From NCBI GenBank assembly GCA_965262115.1, contig OZ253496.1, forward strand, positions 288,001 through 352,000: a stretch of 64,000 bases of DNA, written 5' to 3'. The notes under the pieces are model-generated. The model made no database searches and had not been told where the DNA came from. It saw only the letters and a program-made list of their open reading frames with translations. Numbering within the stretch: position 1 is the first letter of the stretch; every line of letters begins with the position of its first letter. Shown here piece after piece: positions 10,444 to 21,690 of the stretch. The translations under genes were made by a program, and so were the position numbers. The stretch comes from Nitrospinales bacterium. GTDB lineage: Bacteria > Nitrospinota > Nitrospinia > Nitrospinales > VA-1.

Positions 10444-12282
10444 ATGTTGAATCAGGAATTTATCAGAAATATTGGAATCATTGCTCATGTTGACCATGGG
10501 AAAACCACCTTGGTCGATTGTCTTCTTAAGCAGAGTGGAATGTTCCGGGACAGTGAGCTCTCGGAGACGTGCATCATGGACAGCAACGAACTGGAGAAAG
10601 AGCGCGGAATCACTATATTCTCAAAAAATGCGGCGATAAATTACAAAGGGTACAAGATCAATATTGTCGACACACCCGGGCATGCTGATTTTGGCGGCGA
10701 GGTGGAACGGATTTTAAAAATGGTCAACGGGGTTCTGCTTCTGGCCGATGCTGTCGAAGGCCCCATGCCGCAGACCCGGTTTGTTTTGAAAAAATCCCTC
10801 GAACTGGGACTCAAGCCCATTGTCGTTATCAACAAAATCGACCGCCCTGCGGCGCGGACGAAAAAGGTCGTCGATGAAGTTTTTGATTTGTTCGTTGAAC
10901 TGAATGCAAATGATGAACAACTGGACTTTCCTGTCATATACACATCAGCCAAGCAGGGTATTTCCAGGCAAACACCCACGGGCCCAAACGATGACATCAC
11001 CCCTCTTTTGGATATGGTCATCGAAAAAGTCCCAGCCTATAGAGGTGATGCCAAAGGACCTTTCCAAATGCTGGTTTCCTCCATGGATTATGATGACTAC
11101 GTTGGAAGGATCGCTATCGGCACAATCACACGTGGACATATACAGGCAAAAAGCAACTATACCCAGATCAATCGTCAAGGAGATATGAAAACCTTTAGTC
11201 TTTCCAAGCTATACACTTTCCAAGGATTGACGAAGGTAGAGTCTCCCTCAGCGACCACAGGAGATATTATCGGCATTGCTGGAATGAAGGAAGTGGAAAT
11301 CGGCGAAACCATTGCGGACTCCAGTTGCCCGGAACCACTCCCAGTTATTGAGATTGACGAACCTACTCTATCGATACATTTTTCTTCCAACACCTCACCC
11401 TTTGCAGGTCGTGAAGGCGACCTTGTCACCTCAAGGCAGGTGCGAGATCGTTTATTCAGGGAAATCCGCTCCAACGTTTCTCTCCGAGTGGAGGAAACCG
11501 ACACGCAGGATACCTTCAAGGTTTCCGGACGCGGGGAATTGCATTTAACTATATTAATAGAAACCATGCGCCGTGAGGGCTTTGAGTTTTCCATTTACCG
11601 CCCGGAGGTCTTGATCAAAGATATTGGCGGAACTCCACACGAGCCGGAAGAGTTTGTCATTCTCGATATTGACGACTCTCATATGGGCTCTGTTATGGAA
11701 GCCATGGGAAAACGCAAAGGCACCCTGAAGAATATGATCCAAGGAGAAACCACGGCGAGGCTTGAATTCGTCATTCCCACACGCGGACTTTTCGGATTTC
11801 GTTCTGAATTTCTAACGTTGACCAAAGGCACGGGAATCATTAACCGCACTTTCCATAATTTCATTCCGCATTGCGGTGAGATCGCCCAGCGCACCAATGG
11901 TGCTTTAATTGCCATGGAAAATGGAAAAACGACCGGTTTCTCCCTGTTTAATTTGCAGGAAAGAGGCTCTATGTTTCTCGGGCCGGGTGAAGAAATTTAT
12001 ACTGGACAGCTTGTCGGTGTGAACAAAAAAGATAATGACCTGGTGGTTAATATCTGCAAGGAAAAAAAGCTGAGCAATATGCGCGCATCCGGGTCCGATG
12101 TGAATATCATTCTCACACCGCCAGTAATAATGAGTCTCGAACAGATTCTTGGTTTTCTAAACGAAGACGAGTTGGCAGAGGTCACCCCGAAAAGCATACG
12201 CTTGCGGAAAAAAATCCTGAACGAAAACGACAGGAAAAGATTTGGTAGAGCGCGGAACACCATTCCTGTTTTCGTGTCCTGA
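10444..12282 (+). CDS. typA: Translational GTPase TypA/BipA
   Basis: [29 protein letters not shown] and [11 protein letters not shown] motifs. Confidence 0.97.
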   Translation: MLNQEFIRNIGIIAHVDHGKTTLVDCLLKQSGMFRDSELSETCIMDSNELEKERGITIFSKNAAINYKGYKINIVDTPGHADFGGEVERILKMVNGVLLLADAVEGPMPQTRFVLKKSLELGLKPIVVINKIDRPAARTKKVVDEVFDLFVELNANDEQLDFPVIYTSAKQGISRQTPTGPNDDITPLLDMVIEKVPAYRGDAKGPFQMLVSSMDYDDYVGRIAIGTITRGHIQAKSNYTQINRQGDMKTFSLSKLYTFQGLTKVESPSATTGDIIGIAGMKEVEIGETIADSSCPEPLPVIEIDEPTLSIHFSSNTSPFAGREGDLVTSRQVRDRLFREIRSNVSLRVEETDTQDTFKVSGRGELHLTILIETMRREGFEFSIYRPEVLIKDIGGTPHEPEEFVILDIDDSHMGSVMEAMGKRKGTLKNMIQGETTARLEFVIPTRGLFGFRSEFLTLTKGTGIINRTFHNFIPHCGEIAQRTNGALIAMENGKTTGFSLFNLQERGSMFLGPGEEIYTGQLVGVNKKDNDLVVNICKEKKLSNMRASGSDVNIILTPPVIMSLEQILGFLNEDELAEVTPKSIRLRKKILNENDRKRFGRARNTIPVFVS

Positions 12283-12466
12283 TTGTTCCATTTTCATTGC
12301 CCTGATATTTGAAATGTTGTAGAATCAACAACCTTTCATAAATCAGGGGAAGAGAATTGTTTTTGAAAAACATTATTTCGTTTTTCAAACCCCTAAGACT
12401 TTTTCGACAAACAAGCCCACCTTAAAATATAAGCCGGATCAAAATATATCCGGGAATGGGATTCAC

Positions 12467-13495
12467 ATGCAGCGCACAACCCTCGTTCAACACATTCGAC
12501 AACAGGAAAAAGCCAATCCCGGAGCTACTGGAGAGTTCACCAGCCTGATGAATGAAATCATGGTGGCTGGCAAGATCATTTCTCTTGAAGTCAACAGCGC
12601 AGGTATAGGAGAAGATATTTTTGGGCTTACCGGAAAAATAAATGTCCAGGGGGAAGAAGTCAAAAAGCTGGATGAGTTTTCTGACCTCACATTCACTAAA
12701 ATTATCGGTCAGTCAGGCACGGTATGTGCCATCACCTCCGAAGAAAGAGAAGAAGCTCTGATCATCGAGGACAATCCCGGAAAATATATTTTCATGATGG
12801 ATCCTCTCGATGGATCTTCAAACATTGATGTTAATGTCAGCATAGGAACGATATTTTCTATTTACCGCAAGAAAAGCCTGGGCGATAAAGTAACAGACGA
12901 GGATCTCCTGCAAAAAGGAGGCGAACAAATTGCCGCCGGTTATATCGTATATGGTTCCAGCACAATTTTTGTCTACACAACCGGGCAAGGTGTTCATGGG
13001 TTTACGCTTGATCCGGCGCTGGGTGAATTTTTTCTCTCCCATCCTGACTTGGTCATCCCTGAGCAGGGTTCTACCTACAGCACCAACGAAGGCAACTGGG
13101 GTAATTGGGATGAACCCCAAAAGGATCTGGTCGCTTATTTAAAGGAAGACGCTCCGGCAACAGGGCGCCCCTATAAATTGCGTTATATCGGCTCTCTCGT
13201 CGCGGATTTCCACCGGACTTTGTTAAAAGGCGGGCTCTTCATGTACCCCAAAGACACGAAAAGCCCTAATGGAAAATTGAGATTTTCTTTTGAGGCTGCT
13301 CCTCTGGCTTTCATTGTTGAGCAGGCCGGAGGAAAGGCCTCTACCGGAAACCAACGGATTCTGGATATTATCCCCAGCGGCATTCATGACCGTTTGCCTC
13401 TCTTCATCGGTAGCAAGAAAGATGTCGAACTGGCGGAAGAACGGCTCGCGGCCACAGTGAAAAAGGGCGGTTGGTTCAAATGGCTGAGCGGATGA
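12467..13495 (+). CDS. fbp: Fructose-1,6-bisphosphatase class I
   Basis: DPLDGSSNIDVN and RYIGSLVADFHRTLLKGG motifs. Confidence 0.96.
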   Translation: MQRTTLVQHIRQQEKANPGATGEFTSLMNEIMVAGKIISLEVNSAGIGEDIFGLTGKINVQGEEVKKLDEFSDLTFTKIIGQSGTVCAITSEEREEALIIEDNPGKYIFMMDPLDGSSNIDVNVSIGTIFSIYRKKSLGDKVTDEDLLQKGGEQIAAGYIVYGSSTIFVYTTGQGVHGFTLDPALGEFFLSHPDLVIPEQGSTYSTNEGNWGNWDEPQKDLVAYLKEDAPATGRPYKLRYIGSLVADFHRTLLKGGLFMYPKDTKSPNGKLRFSFEAAPLAFIVEQAGGKASTGNQRILDIIPSGIHDRLPLFIGSKKDVELAEERLAATVKKGGWFKWLSG

Positions 13496-13514
13496 CCATC
13501 GGCCTATAACTATT

Positions 13515-14780
13515 ATGAAAATTCAAAGCATACGCGGTGTTAAAGACATCCTGCCCGATGAAATCTGGAAATGGCAGTACATCGAGTCCATCGCCCATAA
13601 TATTTTTCCACGATACGGCTTCAAGGAAATCCGCCTCCCCATTTTTGAAAACACCCGGCTGTTTTCCCGCAGTATTGGCGAAACTACCGATATCGTCGAA
13701 AAGGAAATGTATACCTTTCAAGACCGGGGCGGCGACTCCATTACACTTCGGCCCGAGGGAACTGCATCGGTGGTTCGTGCCTATGTGGAGCACAAGATGT
13801 ATAATCCCCCTTCGGTGCTCAAGATGTTTTATATCGGCCCCATGTTTCGCTATGAGAGACCGCAGGCCGGTCGGTTGAGGCAATTCAATCAAATTGGAGT
13901 CGAGGCCATGGGCTCAGCCAGTCCGGTTGTGGATGTAGAAGTGATGACCATGCTCATGGAATTTTTCAAAGCACTGGGACTCACCGACATCAAACTTGAG
14001 ATCAACAGCCTGGGCAGTCAGGAATGCCGCCCTCAATACCGCGAGCTCTTAAAAACAGAAATAGAAAAACATCTGGACCAGCTTTGTTCCAACTGCAAAA
14101 ACCGATACCAGCGCAATCCTTTGCGGGTCCTCGATTGCAAGACGGAGCAATGCGGTAAGATTGCGGAAGGACTGCCAAAACTTATCGACCACCTGGACCC
14201 CGCCAGCGCCGAACATTTCTCGGAAGTGCGTTCACTTCTGGACTCTGCCGGAAGCTCCTACTCCGTCAACCCTAACCTGGTTCGAGGATTGGATTATTAC
14301 AACCGTACCGCGTTTGAAGTCACCTCACAAAATCTGGGCGCCCAAAATGCCATTTGCGGAGGCGGACGTTACGACACTCTGGTGGAAGAACTGGATGGCC
14401 CCTCGACACCCTGTTTCGGTTTTGCCCTTGGTCTCGAACGCCTGGTTTCCCTGCTACCGTTTGATGATGCAAAAACGCTAAAGAAAAATCCTGATATTTT
14501 TATCGTCTGCATGGGAGAGGAAGCCAAAACCACGGGGTTTAAAATTGCGCACGAACTACGCTTGAAGGGATTCAGGGTCGAGAGAGATTATGAAATGGGG
14601 AGCATGAAAAGCCAAATGCGTAAGGCCAACAAAGCCCAGTGCCGGTTGACCCTTATTCTGGGAGAAAACGAAATCCGTTCCGGTAAATTTGTATTGAAAA
14701 ATATGAAAACCGGCGAGCAAATAGAATGTCCTGTCGAGGAACTGGCCACAGAAATCGCCAAACTCTCCACCGATTCGTAA
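13515..14780 (+). CDS. hisS: Histidyl-tRNA synthetase
   Basis: LRPEGTA, FRYERPQAGR, LVRGLDYY and GGGRYD motifs. Confidence 0.97.
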   Translation: MKIQSIRGVKDILPDEIWKWQYIESIAHNIFPRYGFKEIRLPIFENTRLFSRSIGETTDIVEKEMYTFQDRGGDSITLRPEGTASVVRAYVEHKMYNPPSVLKMFYIGPMFRYERPQAGRLRQFNQIGVEAMGSASPVVDVEVMTMLMEFFKALGLTDIKLEINSLGSQECRPQYRELLKTEIEKHLDQLCSNCKNRYQRNPLRVLDCKTEQCGKIAEGLPKLIDHLDPASAEHFSEVRSLLDSAGSSYSVNPNLVRGLDYYNRTAFEVTSQNLGAQNAICGGGRYDTLVEELDGPSTPCFGFALGLERLVSLLPFDDAKTLKKNPDIFIVCMGEEAKTTGFKIAHELRLKGFRVERDYEMGSMKSQMRKANKAQCRLTLILGENEIRSGKFVLKNMKTGEQIECPVEELATEIAKLSTDS

Positions 14781-14851
14781 TTATTTTTGTTGGACAAAAC
14801 TTTTCCCGAAATTTAGCATCCTAACTTCAGGAGCCGGGAAAGCCTGAATGA

Positions 14852-14880
14852 TTGACCCCTCTTAATGACCGTGCTAGGTT
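14852..14880 (+). promoter_or_regulatory. Putative sigma70 promoter of fur
   Basis: TTGACC-N17-TAGGTT with extended -10 TG, 30 nt upstream of the ATG. Confidence 0.45.
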
Positions 14881-14910
14881 AACCCGATATAATCGCTACT
14901 TAAAAAAATT

Positions 14911-15339
14911 ATGGCTAGCAAAGAGTTAGAAGTTCTTGAGGATTATATTGTTCAAAACAAGCTGAAGATCACTAAGCAACGGCGTGCTGTTCTCAATGCT
15001 TTTATGGAAAGCGAAAAGCATGTCAGCGCTGAGGAACTCTACAATCAGGTCACCGTCACCGACCCAAAAGTGGGGCTGGCAACGGTGTATCGCACTCTAG
15101 CGTTGCTAACCCAAAGCGGCCTGGCCTCGGAGCTGGATTTTGGCGACGGACAAAAACGCTATGAACATAAATACATGCATGGTCATCACGACCACATGAT
15201 CTGCACCGAGTGTGGAAAAATCATCGAGTTCAACCATCCCCTCATCGAAAAGTTCCAGGAAGAAGTCGCCAGCCGAAACGGGTTCAACATCACTTCCCAC
15301 AAATTGGATATGTTTGGCCTGTGTAACGAATGCCGCTAA
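14911..15339 (+). CDS. fur: Fur family transcriptional regulator
   Basis: TKQRRAVL, GLATVYRTL, HHDHMICTECG and C-terminal CxxC. Confidence 0.92.
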   Translation: MASKELEVLEDYIVQNKLKITKQRRAVLNAFMESEKHVSAEELYNQVTVTDPKVGLATVYRTLALLTQSGLASELDFGDGQKRYEHKYMHGHHDHMICTECGKIIEFNHPLIEKFQEEVASRNGFNITSHKLDMFGLCNECR

Positions 15340-15427
15340 CCCCCACTCGGCGTGGGGCCAGCACTGCATTGCCCGTGGAGCGAACTGAGTATTCAAACGC
15401 AATACTATAATGACTCCCCCTGACAAG

Positions 15428-15634
15428 GAGACCTTTGCGTAAGTCTATAAAGCAGAAAAGCGAGATGCTTCGAGATACCCCTACGGGGCAAGAATTCAAA
15501 GGTCAAATATCACTAGCTCAGCATGACAATAAAAGGCTATTTTGTCATTCTGAGGAGCTATTGCAACGAAGACGTGATACTTTTCCCTAACCTTCGTGCC
15601 CCGGAGGGGTAATCTTGGGTTATGCAAAGCTCTC
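15428..15634. mobile_element. MITE copy A (207 bp, non-autonomous)
   Basis: TIRs GAGACCTTTGCGTAA / TTATGCAAAGCTCTC (13/15 match), flanked by 9-bp direct repeat CCTGACAAG (15419-15427, 15635-15643); second copy at 17443. Confidence 0.9.
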
Positions 15635-15772
15635 CCTGACAAGGGGGATAAAGAGGATTTACATATCAGCAGTTTTTTTGACGAGCAAAGAGTATCTTGG
15701 CTCAATCAAGCCCTTGCCAACTGGCAGCATGTTATGATCCCTCATCAGTCTTTATGCACCGAAGGGGTACGC

Positions 15773-16669
15773 CTAGTGGGGAAGGGACTGGGCGCAACGA
15801 AATCCGATATAGTTAAAGATTTCGTTCATGACCTGGCCATAGGTGGTCACTTTTGGGAAAACTTTATTTTTGGGATGTAGCCAGACCCGGTTGGTGATGC
15901 GTAATGCGCCGGCTGAAGAGTCGAAGGAACCACCTCGTACCACTTTCGATTCACCCGCTTCCGGACCTTGAGGGTTGTCTTTCGAGCGGACTTTATAATA
16001 AGGCTCATACCAGTCGTTGACCCACTCCCAGACATTCCCCATCATGTCATAAAGACCGTACTGGCTTGGGGCTTTACTCCCAACAGGGTGTGTGGTCTCT
16101 GCTGAGTTATCTTCAAACCAGGTGTAATCTCCATGCACCATATTGCCCCAGAAGTAGCGGGTTGTCGCCCCTCCCCGAGCCGCATATTCCCATTCCGCTT
16201 CGCTGGGCAAGCGGCAGGCACCCTGTGATTTCTTGATAAACTTCTGCACATCCAGAAAATTGACCTGTTCAACGGGCAAGTCTGCTCCCATGAACTTGGA
16301 GGGATTATATCCTCTCAGCTTTTCCCAACGCGCCTGGGTCACTTCATATCTATCCAGATAAAAATCATCGACGCATACCTCATGCTCCGGCTTTTCATCT
16401 TCCTGGGTATAATCATTGCCCATGATAAAACACCCACCCTTTATGAACACCATTCCTTCAGGAGCTTTGTCGGCTTTTGACTGATCTTCGGGAGAAAACT
16501 GAACCGGTGCAACCCGCTGATCAGAGAGAGGAGTAGATTCTTCCGACACCTCTGGCAGTTCGGAAAAGCTGGGATGAATCTCGTCACTACCTTGGTCCTG
16601 GGCATTATCAGCGCAAGCCGAAAGTAGGAAAAAAACGCTGAGGATGATGAATGTTCTATAAAAACGCAT
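15773..16669 (-). CDS. FGE-sulfatase (SUMF1-like) domain lipoprotein
   Basis: Lipobox LSAC, RLPSEAEWEYAARGG, GLYDMMGNVWEW and IGFRCA motifs. Confidence 0.9.
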   Translation of the reverse strand: MRFYRTFIILSVFFLLSACADNAQDQGSDEIHPSFSELPEVSEESTPLSDQRVAPVQFSPEDQSKADKAPEGMVFIKGGCFIMGNDYTQEDEKPEHEVCVDDFYLDRYEVTQARWEKLRGYNPSKFMGADLPVEQVNFLDVQKFIKKSQGACRLPSEAEWEYAARGGATTRYFWGNMVHGDYTWFEDNSAETTHPVGSKAPSQYGLYDMMGNVWEWVNDWYEPYYKVRSKDNPQGPEAGESKVVRGGSFDSSAGALRITNRVWLHPKNKVFPKVTTYGQVMNEIFNYIGFRCAQSLPH

Positions 16670-16884
16670 TGTTTTAACAGGAGTTGGGGAAAGGCGAATA
16701 ATACCATTTTAATGAGGTTTTACAAAAAAATTTCTGCATTTTAAGAACTTACTGCGGTTTTTCTTGAAATAATCCTGAAATGGGTTAAAAAATGGCCCCA
16801 CATCCACGTATTTTCCAATAGATAGTTCAAATTTTTTGTCCAAATACCGATAAATAATAGAACTACTTATCATGGAGCTGGACT

Positions 16885-18760
16885 TTGCGATTCCTAAAAC
16901 CACTCAGCATTTTTGTCTCTTGCCTATTACTGGGAACAGGTTGCAGTACCCTGGAAAAAACCTATCAAAAAACGCGCCAGACAATGGCGAACCTTTTTAA
17001 CGCCGCCGAGGACACCTATCGTCCTGCCTTGGGACTGGACAGGGATATTGACTTGCAATTCGCCAAGCACCAGTTCAATCGCAGAGAATATTCCATTGCG
17101 GAATTTTATTTAAAAAAGACATTGGCCAATCAGCCGGAAAACCGGGAAGCCATCCACCTTCTGCCTTGGGCTTATTTTTTCCAAAAACGTTTTGACAAAG
17201 CATTGGCGTCTTTCAAGCAGGCACACACACTGCACAGAAAAGACCCAACCGCCTTATTGGGTATGGGCTGGTCTTATTTCAGCTTGAAGCAATATCAGAA
17301 GGCTTTGGATAGTTTTGAGCGCGCCGAACGGTTTGCCTCCCACTCCTACGAAATCCACAAAGGCAAGGCCTTCATTCATCTGGAACAGCGGCGAGGCCAG
17401 CTTGCACGAGAAGAACTGGAAAAAATTCTTCCACTCGCCAAGGAGACCTTTGCGTAAGTCTATAAAGCAGAAAAGCGAGATGCTTCGAGATACCCCTACG
17501 GGGCATGAAGTTTAATGAAGAGGATATCACATACCCCTACGGGGCAAGAATTCAAAGGTCAAATATCACTAGCTCAGCATGACAATAAAAGGCTATTTTG
17601 TCATTCTGAGGAGCTATTGCAACGAAGAATCTTGGGTTATGCAAAGCTCTCCTCGCCAAGGTGAATGAATTGCTGGAACAGTGGGAAGCTTCAAACCGTA
17701 ATGACTTCATCGTTCGTTGGGCGATCGTTCCTTCCAACCCTGATTCCAGTTCGATATTTACCTTACCGGTTGAGTTTCCCCGATATCGCAGCCTTCTCCT
17801 TGGAATGCCCACAGAAGACATAGAAGCTCTGGACTCAGCATGGGAAAGCTATTATCAGGGCAAGTACGCTAAAGCGTCCAACCTGTTTGGTGGACTGGCC
17901 CGGTCAAATTCCCCAAACCTGGATGCGGTGAACGGGTTGGCCTGGAGCCTGATGCATGCAAAACAAATCAATAAATCGGAAAAAACATTCAAGGAAATCC
18001 TGGAACTTTACCCGTATTTCCTGGGGGCCTTCAAAGGCCTGCGGGAAATTGAGGAAATCAAGAAGCGCCAGGCTGTTTATGTACAAAACTATTATGAGTA
18101 TGCGATTGACAAGTTTTTAAAATCCATCGAGCATGAGGATTATGAAATATCTTCTGCCAAAGGACTCGGCCTTTCTCTGTTTGCCATAAAAAATTATTCG
18201 GATGCCATTCCTTATTTGCAAATGGCCTTGAAGAGTGACCCCGAAAACAAAGATATGGCTTATAAACTCGACTGGAGCATTCTGAGAAGTGAGTCTCTGG
18301 GCGTTTCCCAAAAATATTTTGAAGATGTTTTAAAAAATCATCCTCTCCGCGCTTCGCCCTATATGGCTCTCGGTTGGATTCACTACAACTGGAGAAACCC
18401 TGATCTAGGAGTGGAATATTTTCTCAAAGCCATTTCTCTCGATCCGGATTTTGCGCTGACACCGGAGTTTCTAAAATTGTTGAAAAAGGAACGATTTGAA
18501 TGGCAAGTCATAATTCCCTGGGCGGGACCTACTTTCAAAATCAATTGGATGACCAGGCCATGCAAATGTTCAGGCATTCTCTAAAAATCCAACCCAACAA
18601 ATCCGAAGCCCACAAGGGAATGGGTTATGTCTATTTTCGACAGGGCAAACATAATTCAGCACATAAAGGCCTGATGAAGGCCAAACATGCCATCACCGAA
18701 GAACGCCCGAAAGCCAAGCCCCCCCCTCCTTTCGATTTCCTTCGAACAAGTCCGAATTAG
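16885..18760 (+). pseudogene. TPR-repeat lipoprotein interrupted by MITE copy B and a later frameshift
   Basis: Removing 17443-17660 joins ...PLAK to VNELLEQW in frame. A further frameshift near 18510 continues the TPR sequence (NSLGGTYF...AHKGMGYVYF) in ORF 18500-18760. Confidence 0.85.
17443..17651. mobile_element. MITE copy B (209 bp)
   Basis: Same TIRs and 168-bp core as copy A; 9-bp TSD CTCGCCAAG (17434-17442, 17652-17660). Confidence 0.92.
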
Positions 18761-18835
18761 CTTATTAATGATTTATCAGCGAAAAAACAAAACTTTCAAT
18801 TGACTCCTGTCAGAATTCGCTTATAGTATATTACT

Positions 18836-18972
18836 ATTCCACTGGTTGTTTAGATATTGAGACGCTCAAACATTTGGGGAGGGAGGGGTACCTTTCTCTT
18901 TTCACTGAGGGGTGAGAAATCATGGAGTTGAATCTTGATTCGACTCCATGATCCCGGTCCACTCCCGTGGAA
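18836..18972 (+). ncRNA. Candidate structured small RNA
   Basis: Promoter-like TTGACT-N16-TATAGT (18800-18827) reads into an ORF-poor region with four consecutive hairpins, including a 16-bp stem at 18919-18952. Confidence 0.35.
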
Positions 18973-19062
18973 GGGAATTGGGCAAGGGCTCTATTGAGCC
19001 GAACCATCTCTTTGCTAGCCTGCAATAGTTTTTACACGTTGGTCCCTCCCCGAGGGGGCCGC

Positions 19063-21048
19063 TTACTTTTTCCCAGAAAACATTTCCACATAAGAAGACT
19101 TTAGGTTTTCGACAACGGAAGGGTCTGCTAACGTCGAGATATCCCCAAGTTGATCGGCTTCATTGGCAACTATTTTCCGCAATATGCGCCGCATGATTTT
19201 GCCCGAACGGGTTTTGGGAAGCGCGGGAGCCCAGTGTATGACATCCGGTGTGGCGATAGGCCCGATTTCCTTTCTGACAAACTGCACCAGAGCTTTCTTC
19301 AAGGTATCATCCGGTTGCACTCCATCCATAAGCGACACGTAGGCATAGATCCCCTGGCCTTTTACCTCATGCGGGAATCCAACGACTGCAGCTTCGGCCA
19401 CGGCTTCATGCAGCACAAGAGCGGACTCCACTTCAGCAGTTCCCAGCCTATGCCCACATACGTTGATAACATCATCGACTCTGCCGGTGACCCAGTAATA
19501 ACCATCCTCATCACGACGGCAACCATCACCGGTAAAATAATAGCCCGGGTAAAGTTTGAAATAAGTTTCCTCAAAACGTTCATGGTCGCCATAAACCGTT
19601 CTCATTTGACCCGGCCAGGGTTCGGAAATCGCCAGTACGCCTGCCACTCCGTTGCCTTCAAGTATCTTGCCGGTTTCCGCCTCGATCACCACGGGTTTCA
19701 CGCCAAAAAAAGGCAGGGTTGCCGAGCCTGGTTTTGCCGGAGTGCAACCAGGTAGAGGCGTGATCATAATGCCACCAGTCTCGGTCTGCCACCATGTATC
19801 AACAATAGGGCAACGTCCCCTTCCGATATTTTTGTAATACCACCGCCAAGCTTCCGGGTTGATCGGTTCGCCCACTGAACCCAAAACCCGTAGCGTAGAA
19901 AGATCATACTGAGAGGGCGTATCTTCCCCAAACGACATGAGCGCGCGAATCGCTGTTGGAGCCGTATAAAACTGGGTGACTTTGAGTCTATCCACCACAT
20001 CCCAAAACCTTCCACAATCAGGATAGGTAGGGATGCCTTCAAACATGACCGTTGTTGCGCCATTGGCCAGTGGACCATAAACGATATAAGAGTGGCCCGT
20101 GACCCAGCCGATGTCGGCTGTGCACCACCAGATATCACCGTCCTGATAATCAAAAATATATTTATGGGTCAGCGCGGTGTAGACCATGTAACCGCCGGCA
20201 CTATGTTGAACCCCCTTGGGTTTCCCCGTTGAGCCGGAAGTATAGAGAATAAACAGAGGATCTTCCGCCGACATGACTTCCGCATCACAAACAGGGTCGG
20301 CATTTTTCATTTCTTCATGCCACCAGGTGTCCCGGCCCGACTGCATTTCAACAGCAACCTTGTCGCCCACCCGCTGAGACACAATGCAGGCTTTGATCAC
20401 AACTCCATCCTTTGCAGCCCGCTCCATGGCTTCATCGGCATTGGTTTTTAAAGGTACCGGTTTGGCGCCACGAAATCCTCCATCGGTGGTGATGAGAACC
20501 GTGCAGGCCGAGTCCACAATCCGATCTGCCAAAGCGGTGGGAGAAAACCCGCCAAAAACGATGGAATGAATCGCTCCTACCCTTGCGCAAGCCAGCATTG
20601 CAATCACCAACTCCACCACCATGGGCATATAAATAGAAATCCGGTCGCCCTTTTTCACCCCATGACTTTTCAGAACATTGGCAAATTTGCAAACCTCTTC
20701 ATGGAGTTGGCGGTAGGTCAAACGAAGATTTTCACCGGGTTCGTTCCCTTCCCATAATATGGCGGTCTGGTCACCCCGTTTTTCCAGATGACGATCCAGG
20801 CAATTGACCGTTATATTGGTTTTTGCCCCCTTGAACCATTCGATGCGTATCTTGCCGTTACGGACATCATAGTTGTAGTCACGCACCTGATCCCATTTCT
20901 CAAACCAGGTGAACTTTTCAGCCTCATCGGCCCAAAATTTTTCCGGATCACTGATGGAGCGCTCATACATTTCTCGGTATTGATCCATATTTTGGATCAA
21001 TGCCTTGGCGGAAACGGATTCAGAGGGATGGTAAATTTCCTCACTCAT
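19063..21048 (-). CDS. acs: Acetyl-CoA synthetase
   Basis: [21 protein letters not shown] and [11 protein letters not shown] motifs. Confidence 0.97.
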   Translation of the reverse strand: MSEEIYHPSESVSAKALIQNMDQYREMYERSISDPEKFWADEAEKFTWFEKWDQVRDYNYDVRNGKIRIEWFKGAKTNITVNCLDRHLEKRGDQTAILWEGNEPGENLRLTYRQLHEEVCKFANVLKSHGVKKGDRISIYMPMVVELVIAMLACARVGAIHSIVFGGFSPTALADRIVDSACTVLITTDGGFRGAKPVPLKTNADEAMERAAKDGVVIKACIVSQRVGDKVAVEMQSGRDTWWHEEMKNADPVCDAEVMSAEDPLFILYTSGSTGKPKGVQHSAGGYMVYTALTHKYIFDYQDGDIWWCTADIGWVTGHSYIVYGPLANGATTVMFEGIPTYPDCGRFWDVVDRLKVTQFYTAPTAIRALMSFGEDTPSQYDLSTLRVLGSVGEPINPEAWRWYYKNIGRGRCPIVDTWWQTETGGIMITPLPGCTPAKPGSATLPFFGVKPVVIEAETGKILEGNGVAGVLAISEPWPGQMRTVYGDHERFEETYFKLYPGYYFTGDGCRRDEDGYYWVTGRVDDVINVCGHRLGTAEVESALVLHEAVAEAAVVGFPHEVKGQGIYAYVSLMDGVQPDDTLKKALVQFVRKEIGPIATPDVIHWAPALPKTRSGKIMRRILRKIVANEADQLGDISTLADPSVVENLKSSYVEMFSGKK

Positions 21049-21084
21049 AATATTTCTCCAACCAAACCTTTACGGTGTGTATTT

Positions 21085-21516
21085 TTAGAGAGACCGGACA
21101 GCCCTGGCCGCTTCGGTCAGGGTCCAAAGCCCATCAGGCTGACTAAACTCTCCATCGCGGATATTAAGTATAAATACCCGCATACGGCCAGACACCTGTT
21201 GTGCGATCATGGAAAATCCTCCACCCGAGGCGAATTGATCGCTGATATGAATAGTTTTGCCAAACTGATCCTTATTTTCAAAGCTTTTATCAAACAGGGT
21301 CGACATTTCTTCTCTTCCCGGGAGTCTCCAGTCATCATACCCGGCAAATTTATTTTCGTTCATCTCCCGCACATAATCGGCGCTGTCCTGATAATTGACC
21401 CATTTTTTCAGATCAGTCATAGAATCGGTCTTGCACCACATCAGGTTATGCGCTTTGGAGGTGACGGTGCCATCTCCATTATCAACAAAAATATTTTCTA
21501 CGTTATCGGAACTCAT
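21085..21516 (-). CDS. DUF1566 (Lcl C-terminal-like) domain protein
   Basis: FVDNGDGTVT...LMW and AGYDDWRLP motifs. Confidence 0.8.
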   Translation of the reverse strand: MSSDNVENIFVDNGDGTVTSKAHNLMWCKTDSMTDLKKWVNYQDSADYVREMNENKFAGYDDWRLPGREEMSTLFDKSFENKDQFGKTIHISDQFASGGGFSMIAQQVSGRMRVFILNIRDGEFSQPDGLWTLTEAARAVRSL

Positions 21517-21690
21517 AATGTTATAAAACTCGACCTGGGTTTAAAAATTAAGATAAAATACCGGCGTAGCCGTCGGGAGCAAATAACAATGGCTTTGTTT
21601 TGTTGATCTGAGATAACTCTTTCTCCCCTGTAAAAGCTATTGCAAATGGTAGCCAGCGTCACGCTGGCCACGGCTAGTGGAAAATTTAAC

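Noticed and set aside
17491..17569. Repeat-spacer-repeat pattern resembling a mini CRISPR array
   Set aside because: Only two units; the variable parts are ~17-19 nt and similar to each other; no cas genes; the same unit occurs singly and inverted elsewhere.
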